20,279 bases of DNA from Candidatus Eiseniibacteriota bacterium (GTDB lineage Bacteria; Eisenbacteria; RBG-16-71-46; JABDJR01; JAWXBZ01): NCBI GenBank assembly GCA_034440375.1, contig JAWXBZ010000100.1, positions 1 to 20,279 on the forward strand. The letters are read 5' to 3'. The translations under genes and the position numbers were made by a program. The notes under the pieces are model-generated. The model did no database searches and had not been told where the DNA came from. It saw only the letters and a list, made by a program, of their open reading frames with translations. Below are positions 1 to 12,174 of this stretch, one piece after another. How positions within the stretch are numbered: the stretch's first letter is position 1; the number at the start of each line of letters is the position of its first letter.

Positions 1-2
1 CC

Positions 3-3000
3 ACCCCGCCGGAAGGCAAACCCGGCGATCGCTCGTACGCCGTTCGCCCTTCGCTCGGGCAACCGGACGAAGCCGAGGGAAGTCCGGAACTGACGCTGGG
101 TGGAAGCAAGACACTGACCGTCGAAATCGGCTCGAATCGGGATCTCTCGCTCAAGCAGACGCTCGATCTGCAGATCAACGGTCGGGTTTCAAAGGATGTC
201 ACGCTCCGGGCCATCCTCTCCGATCGCGATCTCCCGTTCCAGCCGGAAGGATCGAGCGCCGAACTCGAGGAGCTGGACAAGGTCCTGATCGAGATCGAGG
301 CCCCGGGGGCGAAGATCGGCTTCGGTGACCAGGATCTGGTGGTGCAGCATGGAAGCCTGGGGCAATTTTCGCGACGACTCCAGGGGCTCCTGGTCGATGG
401 CCAAAAGAGTGGCGGTGCGGCGCGGTTGGTCGGGGCCGCCCAACGGGGCGAATTCCGGACATACGAATTCTTGGGGACGGAGGGGAAGCAGGGTCCGTAC
501 CCGCTCGTCGATCGGGCCGGCGGTCGCGGAATCGTCGTCGTGGCCGGCAGCGAGCGGATTCAACTCGATGGAGAGCTCCTGGTGCGCGGCCTCGACAACG
601 ACTACATCATCGACTACTCCCGCGCCGAGCTGACCTTCACCGCTCGACGGTCCATCGGCCAGCGAAGTCGCATCGCCGCCGATTACGAATTTGCCGCTGG
701 AGGCTACCGACGCAGCCTCTACCTGGCGGACGGCAAGGGAAGCCCGTGGAACGGGGCGCTTCAACTGGGACTGGTCGTCTCAAAGGAAAGCGATGACCGG
801 GGCCGGCCGCTCGGCGGCGAGTTGTCCGACGCGGAGGAGGAGCGGCTGGCCGCGGCCGGCGACAGCGTCCTGTCGGGCGGCGGCGGTATCCGCTTTGTCG
901 GCGAGGGAAATGGGCGCTACACGGAGGCGTTTGATGCGGTGAACTCGCGGACCTTTTACCGCTGGGTCGGTCGCGGGGAGGGGCGATTGGAGATTACCTT
1001 CGTCAATGTCGGCGAGGGGATCGGTGATTATGCCGACAGCCTCGCGGCGGCCGACACCATCTACGTGTATCGCGGTCCTGCCGGGGGACGATTTGCCCCG
1101 GCGGGTGCCCTGACGGCTCCGGTTCAACAATCGTTCGGCCAGGTGGACGGAAGATGGCGCCTGGCCGACCGCGGCGTTCTGGACGGCGAGTTCGCGCTGT
1201 CAACGCTCGATCGGAATACGTTTTCCTCCCAGGACGACGACGACAACGCGGGAAACGCCGGCCGGATCGGCCTGGATATCCTGCCGATTCCACTGGCGGC
1301 CCTGGGGCGCTCGCTGGGTGAGTTGAGTGCCCGCGCCGAGCACCGCCACCTGGGCGAGAACTTTTCTTCGCCCGGCCGAATTGACCCTTCCTTTACCTAC
1401 GACCGCGATTGGAACCTGCCGACCCGTGCTCCGGGTCTGGCCGAGGATCGAACGAGTGGCCTTCTGACCTATCGGCCGGTACCGGAGATATCGCTTCGAG
1501 GCGATCTGGCCCGACTCTCGGGGAGTGGGCGTTCGGCCGACCGGCGTCTTCTGTCAGTCGATGCGACCGGACGGGTTACGGCCACGGGAACCCTCCTCGT
1601 CGTCGACAGCGCGGTGGATACGGCTCGCGCCGAGGGGCGCCTCGAACGACAGACGGCCAGGGTCGTCAGCCGGGTCCGTTTCCTCGTTCCGTCGGTACGA
1701 TACGAAGCCGAGGAGCGGGTTGATCCGATTGCCGGCGTCGGAACCCGTTACCGTCTGGCCGGCGGGGATCTCGGAATCGACGCCGTGGGGCCGTTGCGCC
1801 TGTCGATCGGCGCCGAGCGGCGCGTGGACGATCGACGGTCGGCCGCGGCGGCCGATTCCGGCCTCGGCTGGCTGCGTGACACCGATGCGGTGACACGCAA
1901 GGGTTCGCTCTCGCTGACCGGATGGAAACCGCTGTCGGCCACCCTCCTGTACCAGGCGCGCGATGTCGAACGCCCGGAAGGGGGCACGATTTCGAGCGAT
2001 CTCGCCCAGTTCGACCTGACACGCCGCTCGTCCGACGCGGCCTTCGCCGCGGATCTTCATTACCAGGTCGGCACCAATGGCGTCGAGCGGCGGATGCGGA
2101 CGCTGGTCTTTGTCGGTGAGGGGATGGGGAGCTTTGACCAGTTCGGCAATCTCGTCCCGGGAGGGGGCTTTGACCTGGTCGAAGGCCCGCTCGGGCCTGA
2201 GGAAGTGATCACCGACGTGGACCTGAGCCTTCGACTGGAACTGGTGCCTTACCGTGCCCGTCCGGGAACCGGCCTCGGCGGTTGGCTTCGAAAGAACCTG
2301 GGCTGGAATGCCAACGCGCGCGTCGAGGAACGGAGTCGTCTGCCGTTGGGGCGGCTGGGCCACCTGCTCGATCTGGATGCTTTCCAGAATCCCGAGTCCT
2401 CGCTCGGCGGGCGAGCGCAACTGCGGCAGTCGCTCGAGATCTTCCCGTCCAGCAAGATCGCCACGCTCAAGCTGACACAGGAGGCGGACGACATCGCCAA
2501 CTACCAGTTCACGAATTTTCGCGAGGACCGGACCGAGTCGATCTTTGGCGCCGGCGTTCGCTGGACACCATCACGACCCTGGACGCTCGAGTTGACCCAG
2601 AAAGCCGGGACACGCGCCCAGACCGTGGTTGCCGGCGGGGAGATTCCCCAGGAACGCCGGGCCCGGGTCAGTGAATCGCTGGGACAACTCACCTGGAGGC
2701 CGACGCCGGTCACGCGTTTCGTTCTTGCGACCGCCTGGCGACGGGAGTCGGTCAGTTCCGAAGTCCTGGCCACGGCGCTCGATCTGAATCCCCGTCTCTC
2801 CTGGTCGATCGGCGCGCGCGGGCGGCTCGAGGCCAACGGTCGATGGATCAGCGCCGACCGCCGTGGCGGCTACACCGGTATCGGCGGATTCTCGACGCTG
2901 GCACTGCGAGATCGACTCGAGATTGGCGTGGACGGCGACTGGCGCCTGCTCGATGTCCTGACGGTCAGTGGCGGCCTTGCCGGCCGGCGTCCCGAGGGGG

Positions 3001-3047
3001 CGCGTTTCGTGCTGGATGCGCGGATGGAGGTGAGAGCCTATTTTTAG
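3..3047 (+). CDS. Large uncharacterised outer-membrane beta-barrel protein, 5' end outside the window (FCB-type conserved hypothetical with SprA-like N-terminal motifs)
   Basis: The frame of ORF 339..3047 is open back to base 3 (TPPEGKPGDRS...LTLGGSKTLTVEIGSNRDLSLKQTLDLQINGRVSKDVTLRAILSDRDLPFQPEGSSAELEELDKVLIEI...), so the start at 339 is an artefact of truncation. The motifs GKQGPYPL, VVAGSERIQLDGELLVRGLDNDYIIDYSRAELTFT and DRNTFSSQDDDDNAG resemble, from memory, a Bacteroidota/FCB hypothetical OMP family. The C-terminal part has many amphipathic strands and ends in a beta-signal-like MEVRAYF. Confidence 0.75.
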   Translation, partial: TPPEGKPGDRSYAVRPSLGQPDEAEGSPELTLGGSKTLTVEIGSNRDLSLKQTLDLQINGRVSKDVTLRAILSDRDLPFQPEGSSAELEELDKVLIEIEAPGAKIGFGDQDLVVQHGSLGQFSRRLQGLLVDGQKSGGAARLVGAAQRGEFRTYEFLGTEGKQGPYPLVDRAGGRGIVVVAGSERIQLDGELLVRGLDNDYIIDYSRAELTFTARRSIGQRSRIAADYEFAAGGYRRSLYLADGKGSPWNGALQLGLVVSKESDDRGRPLGGELSDAEEERLAAAGDSVLSGGGGIRFVGEGNGRYTEAFDAVNSRTFYRWVGRGEGRLEITFVNVGEGIGDYADSLAAADTIYVYRGPAGGRFAPAGALTAPVQQSFGQVDGRWRLADRGVLDGEFALSTLDRNTFSSQDDDDNAGNAGRIGLDILPIPLAALGRSLGELSARAEHRHLGENFSSPGRIDPSFTYDRDWNLPTRAPGLAEDRTSGLLTYRPVPEISLRGDLARLSGSGRSADRRLLSVDATGRVTATGTLLVVDSAVDTARAEGRLERQTARVVSRVRFLVPSVRYEAEERVDPIAGVGTRYRLAGGDLGIDAVGPLRLSIGAERRVDDRRSAAAADSGLGWLRDTDAVTRKGSLSLTGWKPLSATLLYQARDVERPEGGTISSDLAQFDLTRRSSDAAFAADLHYQVGTNGVERRMRTLVFVGEGMGSFDQFGNLVPGGGFDLVEGPLGPEEVITDVDLSLRLELVPYRARPGTGLGGWLRKNLGWNANARVEERSRLPLGRLGHLLDLDAFQNPESSLGGRAQLRQSLEIFPSSKIATLKLTQEADDIANYQFTNFREDRTESIFGAGVRWTPSRPWTLELTQKAGTRAQTVVAGGEIPQERRARVSESLGQLTWRPTPVTRFVLATAWRRESVSSEVLATALDLNPRLSWSIGARGRLEANGRWISADRRGGYTGIGGFSTLALRDRLEIGVDGDWRLLDVLTVSGGLAGRRPEGARFVLDARMEVRAYF

Positions 3048-3117
3048 CCCGCACCCGCATCAAAGGGCCGGCGATCGGCAACGGCGCGTCATACTCCTGG
3101 CGTGCTTCGTTCTGGCG

Positions 3118-4845
3118 TTGACCTTATTCGGCGTCGTCACGGCCCGGAGCCAGGAGTCGCCAATCGATCCGGTCACCGTGGAACGGATCAGCTTCCTGGG
3201 CCTGTCGACTCTCGGCGAGGCCGAGGCGCGCGCCGCGCTCGGCATCCCCATGGGGAGCGTGCTGGATACGACAGCTCACGTGGATCGAAGTCAGGGGCTG
3301 AGCCGCCGGCTGGCCGAGGATGGATATCTGGATGCGACGATCAGCATCCGGATCGAACCGACCGGCGTTCCGGGGCGCGGGCACATCCACGTTCAGGTGG
3401 ACGAGGGAACGCGAGCGGTCTTCGGCACCATCACACAGGTGGGTGCCGACTCGCTTTCGAATCCTGTCGTAGCCCGCACTTCGGTGCCGCGGGCGGGGGA
3501 TCCGTTTCGGCGGGCCGACCTGGAACGGTCGATCAAGTCCTGGCTCGATGCCTATGACGAAGCGGGATATCCGTTCGCGCGCCTGCGGCCGGTCGATGTT
3601 CGCGTGGACAGGGATTCGTCGGGGGCGCCGCCCCGAGTCCATGTCACGCTGCGCCATGAAAAAGGTCCGCAGGTCCATCTCGCGTCCATCGACCTGAAGG
3701 GGGCCACGGTGACCCGGCCGGAAGTGGTGGCGCGGGCCATTGGCTTCAAACCGGGACAGGTCTATCGACAATCGCAAATCGAGGAGGGGCTGGCGCGGCT
3801 GGAACGCGCCGGCCTGGTGGCGGAGGTGGGGGCGGCCGAGCTGGTTCCGGGTGACGATCCGGCCCGGAGTCGTCTGCGTATCCAGATCAGGGAATCGGCC
3901 TCGGGAAGCCTGGCCGGCATTGTCGGCTACTCCGGTCTCGATCAGCGTCTCTCCGGTTACCTCGATTTTCGGCTCAACAACATCGCCGGCACGGGGCGCC
4001 GGCTCGAGGCGCGCTGGTCAAAGGTGGAGCGGGCCAGCACGCTGTACCACCTGGGATACCGTGAGCCTTTTCTCCTGGGTCGTCCGATCGATCTGAGTCT
4101 CCAGCTCGATCATGTGATTTTCGACACGCTGTATACGACGACGCGGTCCGATCTGGCGATGCACTGGCGGATTGGCGGGCGGACGGTCGGAAGCGCGGTG
4201 GTCGGCCTCGACCAGGTGGTGATCACGTCCGGCCTGAATCGAAGCGAGTCGAGCGCGCGCTTCGCCGTGCAGTTCGACCATGACCGGCGGACGCCGCTCC
4301 TGGCCCCACGCTCCGGATGGCGCACCGACCTCCGGCTTTCCCGGGGCAAGACGCTGTCGGGAACGTACGGCCAATCCGTCTCCGGCACGCTGGAACCGAT
4401 CCTGGCATTCGATGTCCGCCAGGAACTTTACCGATCAGTGGGCCAGCGGGGCGTCCTGGCCCTGTTGATCACGGCCAGAAGCCTGGAGACGAATGCGGCA
4501 CCCGTTCCCCAGTTCGAACTGCTGCCGCTGGGCGGAGCACTGACCCTGCGCGGCTATCGTGAGGAACAGTTCTACACGCCCGGCTACCTGCTCGGCCAGC
4601 TCGAGTATCGACTCCTCTCGGACCGAAACGGCAGCGGCGTTTTTCTTTTCACGGACGTGGTCGTCTTTGCCCCGCAGGAGGCCGAAGCGACGCTGTGGCC
4701 ACGATTCGACAAGACCAAGGTCGGCTACGGCGCCGGCCTCCGGGTTGGCTCCCGTTCCGGGCGGCTTGGCCTTGACTACGGGCTGGCGGCGGGGGAGGGG
4801 CCGCTGGAAGGACGGTTCAACCTGCGGGCGGAAACGGCGTTTTGA
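3118..4845 (+). CDS. Omp85 family (BamA/TamA-like) outer-membrane protein with about three POTRA domains; true start probably upstream, possibly ATT at 3040
   Basis: Three POTRA-like repeats (VTVERISFLG..EDGYLDATI; AVFGTITQVG..EAGYPFARL; VHLASIDLKG..LERAGLV), then a barrel starting at ESASGSLAGIVGY. It has the NIAGTGRRL motif, the Omp85 lid motif LGGALTLRGY, a GYGAGLR..LDYG stretch and a terminal Phe (RAETAF). Confidence 0.88.
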   Translation: MTLFGVVTARSQESPIDPVTVERISFLGLSTLGEAEARAALGIPMGSVLDTTAHVDRSQGLSRRLAEDGYLDATISIRIEPTGVPGRGHIHVQVDEGTRAVFGTITQVGADSLSNPVVARTSVPRAGDPFRRADLERSIKSWLDAYDEAGYPFARLRPVDVRVDRDSSGAPPRVHVTLRHEKGPQVHLASIDLKGATVTRPEVVARAIGFKPGQVYRQSQIEEGLARLERAGLVAEVGAAELVPGDDPARSRLRIQIRESASGSLAGIVGYSGLDQRLSGYLDFRLNNIAGTGRRLEARWSKVERASTLYHLGYREPFLLGRPIDLSLQLDHVIFDTLYTTTRSDLAMHWRIGGRTVGSAVVGLDQVVITSGLNRSESSARFAVQFDHDRRTPLLAPRSGWRTDLRLSRGKTLSGTYGQSVSGTLEPILAFDVRQELYRSVGQRGVLALLITARSLETNAAPVPQFELLPLGGALTLRGYREEQFYTPGYLLGQLEYRLLSDRNGSGVFLFTDVVVFAPQEAEATLWPRFDKTKVGYGAGLRVGSRSGRLGLDYGLAAGEGPLEGRFNLRAETAF

Positions 4846-4849
4846 GGCG

Positions 4850-4869
4850 ACGGGTGCGAGTCCGCCCGT
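4850..4869. terminator. Short hairpin between convergent genes, possible terminator
   Basis: ACGGGTG-cgagtc-CGCCCGT forms a 7-bp stem with one G:U pair on the + strand and fills the 24-bp gap between two stop codons. There is no U-tract. Confidence 0.3.
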
Positions 4870-5481
4870 TCACCGCCGCCCCCGCATCCACCGCATCCCC
4901 AGAACCCCGATCAACCACACCACGGCCATTGCCGCCGCAAGGCCAAGGGCACCCAAGCAGAGCCCCGATACGGTCCCATTCCACCGTCGCCCCACGCCGA
5001 AGCCGATCATCACGACGAGCGAGTTCCAGAGGAGGCACGATGTGGCCAGCGCCAGCGCCATTGGCGCCGGCTTCAAGCCATAGGCGCCGGCCAGAAATGT
5101 GATCGGGGCGCGCACGCCGGGCAGGAATCGGCTGACCAGGATCGTCCGGTAGCCCCGGCGGGAAAACCAGTCGTCGAGGTGGCGGTCGGTGCCGAGCCTG
5201 AGGCGGTCGATCCAGCGGCGGGCGCGGCCTTTCAGACGGCCCCGGCCGACGACGTACAGGAGATACAGGCTCAGGAACGATCCCATGGTCGCGGACAGGA
5301 TCAGGAACAGGGGGGACGTTGGTCCGCGGGCGGCGGTGAAGCTGAGGGCGACAAGAAGCGTGTCGCTGGGAAATGGCGGGAAAATGGTCTCGATGACTCC
5401 CGCGCCAAAGGCCAGGAGGAGAAGCGGCAGCGGGGAGAGACCGGCGGCCCATTGAGTGAGTTGACGGAGCAGATCGTCCAT
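4870..5481 (-). CDS. DedA family (SNARE-associated-like) membrane protein
   Basis: Hydrophobic 203-aa protein starting at ATG 5481 (MDDLLRQLTQW...). It has the DedA motifs IETIFPPFPSD, GSFLSLYLLYVVGR and SRFLPGVRAPITFLAG. The 27 residues added by the ORF-track start at 5562 do not look like DedA. Confidence 0.9.
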   Translation of the reverse strand: MDDLLRQLTQWAAGLSPLPLLLLAFGAGVIETIFPPFPSDTLLVALSFTAARGPTSPLFLILSATMGSFLSLYLLYVVGRGRLKGRARRWIDRLRLGTDRHLDDWFSRRGYRTILVSRFLPGVRAPITFLAGAYGLKPAPMALALATSCLLWNSLVVMIGFGVGRRWNGTVSGLCLGALGLAAAMAVVWLIGVLGMRWMRGRR

Positions 5482-5487
5482 GGGGGG

Positions 5488-5516
5488 ACGATGGCGGGAG
5501 GCGGGGTGGAGCGCAA
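5488..5516 (-). promoter_or_regulatory. Putative sigma70-type promoter for the DedA gene (leaderless geometry)
   Basis: The minus strand reads TTGCGC-N17-CATCGT-N6-ATG, with no Shine-Dalgarno sequence before the ATG. Confidence 0.4.
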
Positions 5517-5551
5517 GGGGCAGGGAATTTGGCAGGCCGTGGCCCCGCTTC

Positions 5552-5580
5552 TGGACCCTCACCGTAGCGCCTGTTAGTCT
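5552..5580 (+). promoter_or_regulatory. Putative sigma70-type promoter for the M16-SDR-ligA operon
   Basis: TGGACC-N17-TAGTCT with an extended -10 TG at 5572-5573, followed by SD AAGGAG just before ATG 5623. Confidence 0.35.
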
Positions 5581-5622
5581 CCCGGCCTCGAATTGCTTTG
5601 ATGACCTTTACAAGGAGTCAAC

Positions 5623-7863
5623 ATGAGATCGATGTTGCGCTGGCCGCGCGGTCGGATGAGCCGACCGGTTGCGGCAATGCTCATGCTTTCCGGTCTGCTG
5701 GCCACGGGCGAGGCCCGGGCCGAAACGTTGAACATGGCCGGGGTCAAGGTCGAGGTGATCGAGCGCAGGCTCGACAACGGCCTGACCATCCTGATGGTGG
5801 AAAATCACCAGTCACCGACGATCGGCTTGATCGTTCAATTCGCCGTTGGATCGGTGGACGAATGGGACGGCATCTCGGGCAGCGCGCACATCCTGGAGCA
5901 CATGCTCTTCAAGGGGACGGCCGACATGGGGTCGACCGATTGGAAGAAGGAGAAGGCGCTGCTCGATCAGGTCGAGCAGACGGCCCAGCAGCTCCGACTG
6001 GAGCGTGGCAAGGAGAGCCGGGGGGACATGGGACGTCTTCTGCTCCTCGAAACGCAGCTCGATTCGTTGCAGAAAGCGGCCCGCGCATTCGTCGTCCCGA
6101 ATCCGTACGATCCGGTGTACAGCGAAAATGGCGGCCAGGGGCTCAACGCGGGCACCTCCTGGGACGGCACCAACTACGAAATTGCCCTTCCCTCCAACCG
6201 GCTCGAACTCTGGATGAAGATCGAGAGTGACCGGCTGAAGGCTCCGGTCCTGCGCGAGTTCTATACCGAGCTCAACAACATCATGGAAGAGCGCCGCCTC
6301 CGGACCGACGACCAGCCAGGGGGGCCCCTGGGCAAGGTGGGCGAGTCGATGTACGCGGCGGCCTACACGGCCCATCGATACGGCGTCCCGATCATCGGCT
6401 GGCCCTCCGACATCCAGCGGGTGACCCGCACCGAAGTCGAGACCTTCTTCAAGAAGTACTACGCACCGAACCGCGTCACGCTGGGCATCGTCGGCGACAT
6501 CGATCCCGACCGGGTGCACGAACTGGCGAAGGCCTATTTCGGCTCGATCCCTCGCCAGCCGGACCCGGTGCCGCCGCGCACGATCGAGCCGGCCCAGAAA
6601 GGGGAACGGCGCTTCGAGATCGAGTACGAGGCCGAAACGCGCGTGTTCATGGCCTGGCATATCACCGACGGCCACCACGCGGACTACCCGGCGCTGCTCA
6701 TGCTGGAAGGCGTGCTGGCCCAGGGGCGCTCGAGCCGGCTGCTGAACAGCGTGGTGGAAAAGCAGAAGCTGGCCTCGGCCATCTCGAGTTATACCGGCAT
6801 CCCGGGCGAACGATATCCCGGGCTGCTCATTCTCGAGGCGACGCCGCTGTCACCGCACACCACGGTGGCGGTTGAGGAGGCGATTTACGCCGAGATCGAC
6901 CGACTCAAGAAGGAGCCGCCGACCGAAGGGGAACTCGATGCCGCCAAGCTTCGTTTCCGGAAGGGCTTCGTGAACGGTCTACAGGACAATCTCGGCCTGG
7001 CCGCGGCGCTGGCCTACAACAACGCCACCCTGGGCGATTGGCGCGACAGTTTCCGTCGGGCCGAATCGGTGGCGAAGGTGACGCCGGCCGACATCCAGCG
7101 GGTGGCCAGCACCTACTTCACCCGGGCCAACCGTACCGTCGGGACGCTGATCAAGCCGATGGTCGAGGCCGCCTTTGTTGACCCGAAGGCGATGGCCGAA
7201 GCCATGGATTTCCTTGCGAAGGCCCGGGCGTCGCTGGGCAAGGAATCCACGCTGGCCGGCGTCAAGGACCTGACGATCGAGTCGACGATGACCATCTACA
7301 CACCCCAGGGCAACATTTCCGGCAGCGAAAAACAGACCATGACACTGAACGGGCGGATGAAGAACGAACTGGCGATCATGGGGCAGACTCAGGTTCAGGC
7401 GCTCGACGGTGAGACGGGGTGGATTCTGGGTCCCGAGGGTGCCATGGATGCGCCGGCCGATGCCCTGGCCGAGATGCGCGAGGGGCTGACGCGGGAGATC
7501 TACCTGCTCAAGCACCCGGCCGGTGCCCCGAACGGAATCGTCCGGCGCCTGCCGGACGGCGATTTTCAGGGCGCTCCGTCGGTGATCCTCGAGGTGAATC
7601 CGGTGGAGGGGAAACCGTTCCACCTTTATCTCGACCCGACCACGATGCGACCGCGCGGCCGCTCTTTTGATACCGACAATCCGCTGACCGGCGCTCCCGG
7701 GCGCGCCGAGGAGGCGCTGCTGGACTGGCAGGACGTGTCCGGGCTTCTGTGGCCGACGAAGGAAGAAATCTGGATGGGCGGGGAAAAGATCCTCGACAAG
7801 CTGACCATCAAACGCACGGTGAACTCGGGGCTCAAATCAGCCGAGTTCAAGAAACCGTCCTGA
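5623..7863 (+). CDS. Secreted M16 (pitrilysin/insulinase family) zinc peptidase, catalytic subunit, with a C-terminal LolA-like extension
   Basis: SD AAGGAG and a signal peptide ending AEA/ARA. It has LDNGLTILMVE, the inverted zincin motif HILEH followed by MLFKGT, NAGTSWDGTNY, a downstream ELNNIMEERR and YYAPN. About 230 extra residues follow the M16_C domain. Confidence 0.93.
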   Translation: MRSMLRWPRGRMSRPVAAMLMLSGLLATGEARAETLNMAGVKVEVIERRLDNGLTILMVENHQSPTIGLIVQFAVGSVDEWDGISGSAHILEHMLFKGTADMGSTDWKKEKALLDQVEQTAQQLRLERGKESRGDMGRLLLLETQLDSLQKAARAFVVPNPYDPVYSENGGQGLNAGTSWDGTNYEIALPSNRLELWMKIESDRLKAPVLREFYTELNNIMEERRLRTDDQPGGPLGKVGESMYAAAYTAHRYGVPIIGWPSDIQRVTRTEVETFFKKYYAPNRVTLGIVGDIDPDRVHELAKAYFGSIPRQPDPVPPRTIEPAQKGERRFEIEYEAETRVFMAWHITDGHHADYPALLMLEGVLAQGRSSRLLNSVVEKQKLASAISSYTGIPGERYPGLLILEATPLSPHTTVAVEEAIYAEIDRLKKEPPTEGELDAAKLRFRKGFVNGLQDNLGLAAALAYNNATLGDWRDSFRRAESVAKVTPADIQRVASTYFTRANRTVGTLIKPMVEAAFVDPKAMAEAMDFLAKARASLGKESTLAGVKDLTIESTMTIYTPQGNISGSEKQTMTLNGRMKNELAIMGQTQVQALDGETGWILGPEGAMDAPADALAEMREGLTREIYLLKHPAGAPNGIVRRLPDGDFQGAPSVILEVNPVEGKPFHLYLDPTTMRPRGRSFDTDNPLTGAPGRAEEALLDWQDVSGLLWPTKEEIWMGGEKILDKLTIKRTVNSGLKSAEFKKPS

Positions 7864-7880
7864 GCCTCAAGGAGCCTTTG

Positions 7881-9337
7881 ATGACGATGAATCGAATGGC
7901 CCGTCACGCCACCGGCTCGGTCGCAGCGACGGCGCTTCTCGCCGCCTTTCTGGCCACGCCGACCTCCGCCATTTCACCGGTCAAGTCATGGAAAGACGTC
8001 AAGATCGCGCCCCTCGAATGGAAGAAGCCTACCCCCACGACGATCACACTCAAGAATGGCACCACGGTGTACCTGATGGAAGACCACCGGCTGCCGCTCA
8101 TCAGCTTCTACGGCGTGGTCCGCACCGGCAGCCTGTACGACCCCCCCGGCAAAGCCGGTACGGCGAGCCTCGTCGGCACGATGCTCCGCACGGGTGGAAC
8201 CACGAAGCGTCCCTGGGACAAGTTGGACGCCGAGGTCGATCGCCTGGCCATGGCGGTCACGACCGGGGTTGGCACGGAGAACGGCAACGCCACGTTCCAG
8301 GTCCTGACCGAGAACTTCGACCCGGCCCTCAATCTTCTGTTCGAGATGCTGCGCGAGCCGGCATTCGACGCCGAAAAGCTGGCGCTGGCCAAGGAAAAGA
8401 TCAAGGACGGTATCCGTCGACAGAATGACAATCCGGTCCAGATCGCACTGCGCGAACTGCCGCGGCGGCTGTACGGCGAGAATCACCCCCGCGGCTTTGC
8501 CCCCACGTTTGCCACGGTCGACGCGGTCACCCGCAAGGACCTGGTCGACTTCCACAAGAAGTACTACGTGCCATCGAATCTCATGATCGGCATCGCGGGC
8601 GATTTCGACGCGGCCACGGTGGCGGCCACCATCGAGGCGGCCATGGGCAACTGGCCCGACGCCGCCGTCACGCTTCCGACCGTACCGGCCATCCAGGGCC
8701 ATCAGCCGAAGGCGATGTTCCAGGCCGACAAGACCTCGGCCACCCAGAGCACCATCCTGGTGACCCGTCTCACCACGAAAGTCGGCGAGCCGGACGCGGT
8801 ACCGTTGGAAGTCATGGATTTCATCCTGGGCTCGGGAGGCTTTACCAGCCGGATCGTCGAAGCCGTACGGAGCGACGAGGGACTGGCCTACGCCTCCGGC
8901 TCGGCGCTTCAGCTTGGGAACATCGACCCGGGGCCGATGATCGTCTATGCCATCTCCAAGGGTGAGTCAACGGTCAAGGCACTGGAGATCATGCTTCGCG
9001 AAATCGCCCGCATGCGGGACGTACCGGTCAGCGACGCCGAACTGACGAAGGCGGTCAACGCTCTGTTGAACGGGGAGATTTTCAACTACGACCAGTCCGA
9101 TGAGATCATCGCCAACACGCTCGATCTGGCCTACTACGGTCTGCCCCAGGACCTGCCCTCAAAACGACTGGCGCAGCTGACCCGGGTGACCGCGGCGGAT
9201 GTCCAGGCCATGGCGGTGAAGTACCTGCCGGAGAACCAGCTTCAGATCCTGGTGGTCGGCTCGGCCTCCAACTTCGACAAGCCGCTGTCGAGCCTCGGCC
9301 CGGTGACGGCGATCGAGTTGAAAGACCCGACGGCTCC

Positions 9338-9341
<4 letters not shown>
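7881..9341 (+). CDS. Secreted M16 family non-catalytic subunit
   Basis: SD AAGGAG before ATG 7881 (the ORF-track start at 7749 overlaps the upstream gene). It has a signal peptide and LKNGTTVYLMEDHRLP; HXXEH is replaced by SLVGTMLRTGG. It retains ILGSGGFTSR and the R/Y pair VRSDEGLAY typical of M16B partner subunits. Confidence 0.92.

Positions 9342-12174
<2,833 letters not shown>

Noticed and set aside
3091..3105. ILLAC as a lipobox making the Omp85 a TamL-like lipoprotein
   Set aside because: The Cys lies at the start of the hydrophobic stretch, not after it, so a signal peptidase I site near ARS-QE fits better.
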